Source of the DNA: Candidatus Bipolaricaulota bacterium
Lineage (GTDB): Bacteria > Bipolaricaulota > Bipolaricaulia > UBA7950 > UBA9294
Assembly (NCBI GenBank): GCA_041302485.1
Contig: JBFYRA010000149.1
Span: 1 to 41,839 of the forward strand
Direction: 5' to 3'
Length of the DNA stretch: 41,839 nt
The position numbers were made by a program, and so were the translations under genes. Shown in pieces: positions 34,891-41,839 of this stretch (its first letter is position 1; each line of letters opens with the position of its first letter). The notes under the pieces were generated by a model. That model saw only the letters and a list, made by a program, of their open reading frames with translations. It did not search any database and was not told the origin of the DNA.

Positions 34891-37509
34891 ATGCAGTCCC
34901 ACGAACTTCGGAAGCGATACCTCGCATTCTTCGCCGAGCGCGGGCACAAGCTTGTTCCGAGCTCGCCGCTCGTGCCAAAAGATCCCACTCTCCTGTTCAC
35001 GGCCGCGGGGATGGTTCAGTTCAAGGACTACTTCTGGGGACGCATCGAGCCGGGTTTTCGTCGCGCGGCGACGTGCCAGAAGTGCTTCCGCACGACGGAC
35101 ATCGAGGAGGTCGGGCGGACTGCATTCCATCACACGTTCTTCGAGATGCTCGGGAACTTCTCGTTCGGCGACTACTTCAAGCAAGGCGCGATCGAGTTGG
35201 CGTGGGAGTTCCTGACGCGCGAATTGGCGATCCCGGGAGAGCGGTTCGCGATCACCGTCTACGAGGACGACGACGAGGCCTACGCAATCTGGCGTGACGT
35301 CGTCGGCATTCCGGCGGAGCGGATCGTACGGCTCGGAAAGGACAGCAACTGGTGGGGGCCCGTCGGCGATCGCGGGCCGTGCGGCCCAGACTCCGAACTG
35401 CACTACGACACGGGGGCCGAAAACGCGTGCGGTCCAGATTGCCTAGGCCCTGCCTGTGATTGCGACCGCTACGCCGAGATCTGGAATCTCGTGTTCATGC
35501 AGTACGACGCCCAGCCCGACGGGTCGTTCGCGCCGCTGGCTCGCAAGAACATCGACACGGGAATGGGGCTCGAGCGGGCGACGGCGATCCTCCAGGGGGC
35601 GAAGACGAACTACGACACCGACGCTTTCGCGCCGATCCTCGAGGCAATCGCGGCAAGAGCCGGACGTCTCCTTACCGAGCACGACCGTCGCCACCGGAAC
35701 ACGGTGGCCGATCACGTGCGCGGGACCCTGTTCCTCGTTGCCGACGGCGTGATGCCGGGGAATGAGCGCCAAGGCTACGTCCTGCGCCGGATCCTGCGGC
35801 GCGCGATCCGCGCCAGCGAGCGACTCGAACTAGCTTCGGGCTCGCTCGGCACGTTCATCGAGCCGGTAATCGAGTCCCTTGGCGCGATCTATCCGGAGAT
35901 CGTCGCAGCGCGCGAAGTGACCGTCCGACTGATCGATCGTGAGGAGGAGGCGTTTCGTCGCACGTTGCGGGACGGCGAGCGCCGTCTCGACAAGATCGTT
36001 GCCGAACTCGTGAAAGCGGGAGACAGGCTGCTTCCCGGCGAGCTCGCATTCGAGTTAACCGACACCTACGGTTTCCCGCTTGAGATGACGGAGGAGATCC
36101 TCGCAGAGAGAGGGATCTCCGTCGATCGCGCAGGGTTCGAAAAGGCGCTCGGATCGCAGCGCGCTCGATCGCGCGCTCAGGCCGAAGCCAGCCTGGACGC
36201 CACGGCAGACGTCGTCGAAGCAGGTGTCATTGCGACGCAATTCACCGGCTACGATGCGACACCCGAGGCGCGGAGTGCGCTCGCTGCGGAAGCCACGCTT
36301 GCGGCCATCCCCGGTGGGGTGGCGGGAGCGACCGTCCGCTTCGTGTTCCCGCACTCCCCGTTCTACGCGGCGTCCGGCGGCCAGATCGCCGACGAGGGGG
36401 CCGTTGTGAACCTCTCGCGTCGCGGCGAGGCCCGCGTCGTCGACGTCGTGAAGAACCCTCAAGGAGTATTCCTCCATCGCGTCGAGATCGTCGAGGGGGA
36501 GTTCCGGATCGGCGACCGCTGCCGCCTCGCCGTGGACGTCGAGCGGCGACGGCGCATCGAGCGCAACCATACGGCGACGCACCTGCTGCACGCCGCTCTG
36601 CGACACGTCCTGGGCGCGCACGCGCAGCAGGCCGGGTCGGAGGTCACGGATCGAGAGCTGCGCTTCGACTTCTCGCATTTCGCGAAGATGACGCCGGAGG
36701 AGATCGCGCGCGTCGAGGACTTCGCGAATGCCGCCGTGTTGTCCGACCGCACGGTCGTGACGGACGTCGTCTCGCTCGAAACGGCTCGGGACCGCGGCGC
36801 GATCGGTCTCTTCGACGAGGAGTATCGCGGTCGCGACAGGGTGCGGCTGGTCGAGGTTGAGGGAGTCAGCCGCGAGTTGTGCGGCGGCACCCACGTGCGC
36901 CGGACGGGGGAGATTGGCCTCCTGCGGATCGTGTCCGAGGAGAGCGTTGCGTCCGGCGTGCGGCGGATCCGCGCCGTGACCGGGGACGCGGCGCTTGCCG
37001 TCGTGCGAGACGAGCACGAGCGTTACGAGCGCCTGCGGGCCAGTCTGGGCGACGATCCCGATGCCGGGGTGGAGAGGCTACGCGCGCGCATCGCGACGCT
37101 CGAGCAGGAAGTCGAGGCGCGTACGGCGCGCGACGTCGCATCGCAAGGCGAGACGCTTCTTGCGGGCGCTCAGACGATTGCCGGCGTGCGCGTGATCGCA
37201 TCGCGGGCCGACCTGGCGGCCGACGCCGTGAAGGCGCTGGCGGATGAGATTGAGGCGCGCGCGCAGCCCGCGGTGGTCGTGCTCGTCGGCGCGGCTGAAG
37301 GGCGCGCGACGGCGGTCTGCAAGGCGTCGAAGGGCGTCAAGGCCGTGGATGCCGGAAGCGTCGTCCGGGCAATGTCAAGGACGCTGGGCGGCGGCGGTGG
37401 AGGCAGCCGAAGCTTCGCCCAAGGAGGCGGTCCTAACATCGACCGCGTCGGCGCCGCGCTCGACGAAGGGCGCCGGCTTGTCGAGCAGGTACTCCGCGCC
37501 GCGACCTAG
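34891..37509 (+). CDS. alaS: Alanyl-tRNA synthetase
   Basis: FFAERGH, LLFTAAGMVQFK and FEMLGNFSFGDYFK are present. The editing-domain motifs HTATHLLH and CGGTHV are present. The length is 872 aa. Confidence 0.95.
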   Translation: MQSHELRKRYLAFFAERGHKLVPSSPLVPKDPTLLFTAAGMVQFKDYFWGRIEPGFRRAATCQKCFRTTDIEEVGRTAFHHTFFEMLGNFSFGDYFKQGAIELAWEFLTRELAIPGERFAITVYEDDDEAYAIWRDVVGIPAERIVRLGKDSNWWGPVGDRGPCGPDSELHYDTGAENACGPDCLGPACDCDRYAEIWNLVFMQYDAQPDGSFAPLARKNIDTGMGLERATAILQGAKTNYDTDAFAPILEAIAARAGRLLTEHDRRHRNTVADHVRGTLFLVADGVMPGNERQGYVLRRILRRAIRASERLELASGSLGTFIEPVIESLGAIYPEIVAAREVTVRLIDREEEAFRRTLRDGERRLDKIVAELVKAGDRLLPGELAFELTDTYGFPLEMTEEILAERGISVDRAGFEKALGSQRARSRAQAEASLDATADVVEAGVIATQFTGYDATPEARSALAAEATLAAIPGGVAGATVRFVFPHSPFYAASGGQIADEGAVVNLSRRGEARVVDVVKNPQGVFLHRVEIVEGEFRIGDRCRLAVDVERRRRIERNHTATHLLHAALRHVLGAHAQQAGSEVTDRELRFDFSHFAKMTPEEIARVEDFANAAVLSDRTVVTDVVSLETARDRGAIGLFDEEYRGRDRVRLVEVEGVSRELCGGTHVRRTGEIGLLRIVSEESVASGVRRIRAVTGDAALAVVRDEHERYERLRASLGDDPDAGVERLRARIATLEQEVEARTARDVASQGETLLAGAQTIAGVRVIASRADLAADAVKALADEIEARAQPAVVVLVGAAEGRATAVCKASKGVKAVDAGSVVRAMSRTLGGGGGGSRSFAQGGGPNIDRVGAALDEGRRLVEQVLRAAT

Positions 37510-38654
37510 GACGAGAGCAAGACCGGCATGCAGACGTAGAGGAACCCCTGGTCCGCTGCCGCAATTGGATCGGCGGGCTCGATGAGACCGGCCTTGCGTG
37601 CGTCGGCAAGCCAGATTGTGATCGTGTCCGACGCAACGCGCTTGAGGACGTCGATCACGTACTCGGCGCGGAACGAGATCTCCACCGGCTTCGACGGAGC
37701 TTTCTTCAAGCGGACGCGTTCCTCCGCCTGGCCCTTGTCCTTCGACGACGAGTGGATGCGCACGGCTGTCTCGTCCGTTTCGCCGCGAATCGTGATCGCC
37801 CCGGAATCTTCGGCCGCCGTGATCTGAATGCGCTGCAACGCTTCGAGCAACACGCGACGGTCAAATGCGAGCGCGACGGGATTGTCGCGCGGGATCACGC
37901 GCTCGAAATCGGGAAACTCTTCGCCGATCGTGCGGGCCATGAATGTGACGTTCCCGGCGTGGAAGAAGAGCTGCCCCTCCCCGCGGCGGATGTCGAGCGT
38001 CGGGGAGTCGACCTGAGCGAGGACGCGATCGAGATCGGAGAGAACGCTCGCCTCAACGAGGTACTCGCCCTCTTCGTCGCACTCCGCGACGTCGATCGTC
38101 TTCACGGCAAGGCGATACCCGTTCGTCGCGACCATGCGCAGCTGGTTGCCCTTGAGGACGAGGTCCACGCCCGTGAGACTCATGCGCGTCGTCTCCCCCG
38201 CCTTGAGCGCAGCGAACGCCGTATGCTCGAGCCCGTGGTGGAAGTCGGCGATGGCAATCGAGGCGATCTTGCCCGAGGGAAGCGCCGCGATCTCCGGGTA
38301 GTCCTCGACCGGGAGCGTGGGGAGATCGAACGAGGTCTCGCCGCAGCGCAGCGCGACTTTGGTGCTTTCGGACTTGTCCGTTCGGAAGGTGATCTTCTCG
38401 TCGGCGGGCAGGCGCGAGGCGATCTGGTTCAGGATCGCGCCGTTGAGGACGGCGGCCTCGTCTCCGCCCTTGTTCTCGATCGGGATCTCGCAGCGGACGG
38501 CACGCTCGAGATCGGTCGCCTGCATCGAAAGGTGGGATCCCGTGATCTCCATCTTGAGTCCCGCGAGGATGGGCATGCTGCTCCGCGTGCCCAAGGCGTA
38601 GCTCGCCAATCTCACACCCGACACAAAATCGCTCTTCGCGCAGACGAAGTCCAT
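37506..38654 (-). CDS. dnaN: DNA polymerase III beta sliding clamp
   Basis: PILAGLKMEITGSHLSMQATDLE, LRMVATNGYRLA and FPDFERVIP are present. ATG 38654 follows GGGAGG. The longer track ORF upstream is not supported. Confidence 0.9.
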   Translation of the reverse strand: MDFVCAKSDFVSGVRLASYALGTRSSMPILAGLKMEITGSHLSMQATDLERAVRCEIPIENKGGDEAAVLNGAILNQIASRLPADEKITFRTDKSESTKVALRCGETSFDLPTLPVEDYPEIAALPSGKIASIAIADFHHGLEHTAFAALKAGETTRMSLTGVDLVLKGNQLRMVATNGYRLAVKTIDVAECDEEGEYLVEASVLSDLDRVLAQVDSPTLDIRRGEGQLFFHAGNVTFMARTIGEEFPDFERVIPRDNPVALAFDRRVLLEALQRIQITAAEDSGAITIRGETDETAVRIHSSSKDKGQAEERVRLKKAPSKPVEISFRAEYVIDVLKRVASDTITIWLADARKAGLIEPADPIAAADQGFLYVCMPVLLSS

Positions 38655-38686
38655 CCACAACCTCCCTTGTGCAGCCGGCCGCCGGC

Positions 38687-38716
38687 ATGATACTCGATCC
38701 GTTCGAAAGGGAGCAA
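38687..38716 (-). promoter_or_regulatory. Candidate promoter for dnaN
   Basis: On the minus strand: TTGCTC (38716-38711), an 18-nt spacer, then TATCAT (38692-38687). The -35 overlaps the T tract of the tmk terminator. Confidence 0.4.
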
Positions 38717-38745
38717 AACCCGCGGCTTCGCTTGGCCGAAGCGGG
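38706..38745 (-). terminator. Rho-independent terminator after tmk
   Basis: On the minus strand the hairpin is cccgcttcg-gccaag-cgaag-cc-gcggg (38745-38719). The tract ttttgctcccttt follows it. Confidence 0.65.
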
Positions 38746-38766
38746 ACACGTGCCAGATGACGCCCA

Positions 38767-39390
38767 TCAACGCGCCGCGGAGAGTCCGAGACGGCGCGCG
38801 ATGTCCGTCGCGATGGCGTCGACGGGCAATGTGCCGTCAATGCGCGCGACGCGGGGGTCTCCGGCCGTGAGTTCGAGAAAGCCTCGCCGAACGCGCTCGT
38901 AGAACTCGAGCGTCTCCGCCTCGATGCGGTCGCCGCGCCCGCGCTTGCGCCCAAGCGCCGCCGCCGCCGGGGCGTCGATCAGGAAGGTAATGTCAGCCTC
39001 GCGCCCGTGGGTGGACTCCTCGTTGAGACGTTGGATGAGATCGAGATCGAGTCCGCGCCCGTAGCCCTGGTACGCGAGGCTGGACAATCGATACCGACTG
39101 GACAGGACGGTCTTCCCCGCCGCGAGCGCCGGCAGGATCACTTCGCGCACGTGCTGGGCGCGACTCGTCATGAACAGGAGCAGCTCGGACAGAGGCGTCA
39201 GGGTCTCTCGGTGCGCCGGCGACAGGAGAATCTCGCGAACCCGCGTGCCGATCTCAGTGCCTCCAGGCTCGCCGGTGAGAACGACGTCGCACCCTGCTTC
39301 CCGCAGTCTGGCTCCCGCCAGGGCGACCTGCGTCGACTTGCCGGTGAAGTCCAGCCCCTCAAAGACAACTAGCTTTCCGCTGAGGTCGAT
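38767..39390 (-). CDS. tmk: Thymidylate kinase, with a probable non-canonical (ATC) start
   Basis: P-loop is VVFEGLDFTGKST, and DRIE is present. No ATG, GTG or TTG lies in frame between the P-loop and GTG 39540. GGAGG sits 9 nt upstream of ATC 39390-39388, which would give a normal 207-aa Tmk. Confidence 0.75.
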   Translation of the reverse strand: MDLSGKLVVFEGLDFTGKSTQVALAGARLREAGCDVVLTGEPGGTEIGTRVREILLSPAHRETLTPLSELLLFMTSRAQHVREVILPALAAGKTVLSSRYRLSSLAYQGYGRGLDLDLIQRLNEESTHGREADITFLIDAPAAAALGRKRGRGDRIEAETLEFYERVRRGFLELTAGDPRVARIDGTLPVDAIATDIARRLGLSAAR

Positions 39391-39836
39391 CGTCGTCCAC
39401 CTCCAAAGAAGGCGTACAGGACGAGCAGCGCAGCGCCGACGGTCACGCAGGAGTCGGCGACGTTGAACACCGGGAACCCGACGACCTCGAAGAAGTCGAC
39501 CACGTAGCCCAGGGTGAGTCGGTCGACCAGATTGCCGCACGCGCCGACGAAGATGAGGACGAGGGCAAGCCGCAGAAACGGACGGCGGCCGCGAAGGACG
39601 ACGAATGTGACGAAGGCGGCGATCGCGATGAGGATCGACACGGCGACGAACAAGGCTGGGACCTTCGCCAAGACGCCGAACGCTCCGCCGCTGTTGTGCA
39701 CGCGAGTCAAGCGAACGACATCGCCGATCAGGGGTTGGGGGTCACCGAGCGTGAGCGTGGTTGCAGCCCATGCCTTGGTGAAACGATCCAGAGCCAAGAG
39801 CAGAGCGGCAAGCACAGCGAATGCGGCGTGGAGCAT
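39369..39836 (-). CDS. lspA: Lipoprotein signal peptidase (signal peptidase II)
   Basis: VHNSGGAFG, GNLVDR and FPVFNVADS are present. I prefer ATG 39836. TTG 39863 is the longer alternative. Confidence 0.85.
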   Translation of the reverse strand: MLHAAFAVLAALLLALDRFTKAWAATTLTLGDPQPLIGDVVRLTRVHNSGGAFGVLAKVPALFVAVSILIAIAAFVTFVVLRGRRPFLRLALVLIFVGACGNLVDRLTLGYVVDFFEVVGFPVFNVADSCVTVGAALLVLYAFFGGGRRSTSAES

Positions 39837-39894
39837 GGTCCGGCGAGCGTATCCGAGGACCAAGCGCGCGTCAAGACAGGATCAGGCTCGCGCG

Positions 39895-39923
39895 TTGACG
39901 GGCGCCCTCGACCTGGGTACTGT
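39895..39923 (+). promoter_or_regulatory. Candidate promoter for the FAH-family gene
   Basis: TTGACG (39895-39900), a 17-nt spacer, then TACTGT (39918-39923). GGAGGAGGGA and ATG 39943 follow. Confidence 0.35.
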
Positions 39924-39942
39924 GAATGCTGGAGGAGGGAGT

Positions 39943-40668
39943 ATGAGACGGGTCAGGTTTCGCGTCGCCGGAAGCGACGATGTGCGGGACGGGATTTTGG
40001 AACGCGATGTCGTGCGCTCGGGCGCCATGCGGGTGCCGCTCGCCGACGTGCAGCTCGCCGCGCCTTGTACGCCGACGAAGATCGTCTGCGTCGGACGCAA
40101 CTACGCGGCACACGCCGCAGAGATGGGGAACGAAGTCCCAGAGCGGCCGCTCCTCTTCCTCAAGCCGCCGTCCGCCGTCATCGGACACGGCGAGCCGATC
40201 GTCCTCCCACGGAGCGAGGAAGTGCACTACGAGGCCGAACTCGCTGTCGTCATCGCGCAGCGTTGCCGCAACGTCTCCGCCGCGCGGGCCTACGATGTCG
40301 TACTCGGCTACACCTGCCTGAACGATGTCTCCGATCGCGTGGCGCAGAAGTGGGAGAAGAGCTGGGTGCGCGCCAAAGCGTTCGACGCGTCGGCGCCGCT
40401 CGGTCCCGTACTCGTGACGCGCGATGAGATCGAGGAGCCGTTCCATGTGCGACTGCGCCAGAACGGAGTGCAGAAACAGGAGGGCTGGACAAGCGCGTTC
40501 ATCTTCTCAATCCCGGCCCTCATCGAGGAGATCACGTCGTTCATGACGCTCGAGCCCGGCGACGTGATCGCGACCGGGACGCCCGCCGGAGTGGGGAGGC
40601 TGGCGCCCGGCGATGTTGTCGAAGTCGAGATTGACGGGATCGGCGTCTTGCGGAATCCCGTCCGGTAG
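39943..40668 (+). CDS. Fumarylacetoacetate hydrolase (FAH) family protein
   Basis: KIVCVGRNYAAHAAEMG, FLKPPSA, YEAELAVVI, NDVSDR and LEPGDVIATGTPAGVG are present. Confidence 0.9.
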   Translation: MRRVRFRVAGSDDVRDGILERDVVRSGAMRVPLADVQLAAPCTPTKIVCVGRNYAAHAAEMGNEVPERPLLFLKPPSAVIGHGEPIVLPRSEEVHYEAELAVVIAQRCRNVSAARAYDVVLGYTCLNDVSDRVAQKWEKSWVRAKAFDASAPLGPVLVTRDEIEEPFHVRLRQNGVQKQEGWTSAFIFSIPALIEEITSFMTLEPGDVIATGTPAGVGRLAPGDVVEVEIDGIGVLRNPVR

Positions 40669-40687
40669 CGACACCGAAGGGAGGACC

Positions 40688-41179
40688 ATGCGCATCCGTG
40701 AAGTCGTGATCGCGGCCGCGTGTGTGGCTGTCGGGACGCTCGCCGCGTCTCTCGCGGCGGACGCGCCCGCCACACCGCGCACGATCGTGCTCAATGAAGT
40801 CGAACTGAATCCCAACGGCTACGACCGCGACGCGGAATGGGTGGAAATCCTGAACGTCGGAACAGAAGCCGTCGACCTTGCAGGCTGGACGTTGAGCTAC
40901 AACTACCCGTCCGACGGCGCCGCGGCGATCGCCGCCGAGAGTTCCATCCTGAGGCCGGGCCAACGGATTGTCTACCGCCACGAGGGTCTGCGCCTGCGGA
41001 ATGATGCGAACACGGTCATCCGTCTTCGCGACGCCGCAGGTACGCTCGTCGACGAGACCTCGGCACTTCGCGACGTCTACGACAACGGGAAGACCTGGCA
41101 GCGCATCCCCGATGGAGGGGACCCCCTCCTCCCCATCTGGCTCCTTCGCGACGGAACGAAGAACGCACCAAACAAGTAG
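40688..41179 (+). CDS. Secreted lamin-tail-domain (LTD) protein
   Basis: It has a signal peptide, then IVLNEVELNPNG...EWVEILNVGTEAVDLAGWTL, which is typical of LTD. GAAGGGAGGA lies upstream of the ATG. Confidence 0.75.
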   Translation: MRIREVVIAAACVAVGTLAASLAADAPATPRTIVLNEVELNPNGYDRDAEWVEILNVGTEAVDLAGWTLSYNYPSDGAAAIAAESSILRPGQRIVYRHEGLRLRNDANTVIRLRDAAGTLVDETSALRDVYDNGKTWQRIPDGGDPLLPIWLLRDGTKNAPNK

Positions 41180-41182
41180 CCC

Positions 41183-41779
41183 CTACGCGGTGCGCTTCGC
41201 CCACTCGGCGGACGCCGCCTTGAGCACGTCCCAGGCGACGTCGTCGATGTAAACACACAAAGCGGTCACGCTTCCTAGGTCGCCCGGCCCGAGGTAGACA
41301 TCGCCCAGAATGGGGCGATCGAATGCCGTGACCTGCGTACGCAAGGCGGCGAGTTCGTTCGCGGAAGGTACGACGTAGAGCACAAAGGCCTGTCCGACCG
41401 TGAGGGTCACACCATGAGTGTTCCCGCCGTAGGTCGTGGACAGCCCAGCGTTGGGAACCACCATGACGACGGCGGGGTACGTCTGCACTGTGGCCATCGA
41501 CGGAGAGAGGAACGTCTCCAGCGCAATATCCGACGCGGTCTGCACGTACGTCTTGAGATGGGTGTAGAGGGTGACAAGGTCCTCGAGCTCCTCGTCCGCC
41601 ACCCCGGTGAGATCCACGGCGCTCGAGCCGTCCCAGCCTTCGAGCCGGATTCCGAGCGGGACGACGAGCGGGGCGAGGTACTGGAAGTCCTTGCGGTACG
41701 TGAACCCGTTCGCCCTGTCTTCTACGACAAGGTGGGCGCCGTACGCCTTCCCGGGTTCGATCGGCATCGGGGGCGACAT
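41183..41779 (-). CDS. Hypothetical protein (may be 5'-truncated by the window edge)
   Basis: The 198-aa ORF has normal composition. The frame remains open from ATG 41779 to the window end at 41839, so the true start may lie outside the window. No family recognised. Confidence 0.55.
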   Translation of the reverse strand: MSPPMPIEPGKAYGAHLVVEDRANGFTYRKDFQYLAPLVVPLGIRLEGWDGSSAVDLTGVADEELEDLVTLYTHLKTYVQTASDIALETFLSPSMATVQTYPAVVMVVPNAGLSTTYGGNTHGVTLTVGQAFVLYVVPSANELAALRTQVTAFDRPILGDVYLGPGDLGSVTALCVYIDDVAWDVLKAASAEWAKRTA

Positions 41780-41839
41780 GAGCCAGATCCTTGCAGCCGC
41801 CGCATCCGGTGCCGCCGTCGATGCTTCGGACTTCCCCGG

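Noticed and set aside
38767-39540. GTG 39540 as the tmk start, as given in the ORF track.
   Set aside because: It would add about 50 Arg-rich residues ahead of the P-loop and overlap lspA by 172 nt in another frame. An SD-positioned ATC at 39390 gives a normal-length Tmk.

Overview
This is a visibly GC-rich bacterial chromosomal window, tightly packed with 37 confidently coding genes plus one tentative small ORF. I found no rRNA, tRNA, CRISPR array, transposase, integrase or other mobile-element signature, and composition looks uniform, so it reads as core chromosome rather than an island. Most long ORFs in the six-frame track are Arg/Pro/Gly-rich antisense shadows of real genes.

Gene content on the minus strand:
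- A (small ORF?)-maf-panB-unknown-glnA string.
- A flavin reductase-mtfA-mutM-MFS-nucleotidyltransferase string.
- A tightly overlapped eno-ftsB-dnaE-yvcK operon.
- lspA-tmk, followed by dnaN.

Gene content on the plus strand:
- glnS.
- A six-gene pyrimidine operon, pyrK-pyrD-pyrF-pyrE-(ThyX-like)-dcd, joined by overlapping start and stop codons.
- An RNA-repair operon, thpR-archease-rtcB.
- alaS.
- A FAH-family hydrolase and a small secreted lamin-tail-domain protein.

Less ordinary content:
1. A translationally coupled cassette of a fold-type-III PLP decarboxylase, a CapA-like metallophosphoesterase and a membrane-tailed CofE-like gamma-glutamyl ligase. It has no F420 or poly-gamma-glutamate context.
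2. A ThyX-fold protein with a degenerate RHR motif, wedged between pyrE and dcd.
3. A 1431-aa exported beta-helix / 4x PKD / caspase-like (C14) protein that appears to be leaderless. It lies convergent to a secreted PDZ protein.
4. A strong preference for TAG stop codons.
5. glnS cannot be read from a canonical start without a 1-nt frame change, and tmk has no canonical start near its P-loop.
6. A stretch of perfect codon-phase GC periodicity in the supposedly non-coding gap upstream of maf.

All functional calls rest on my recognition of motifs in the supplied translations. No database search was run.
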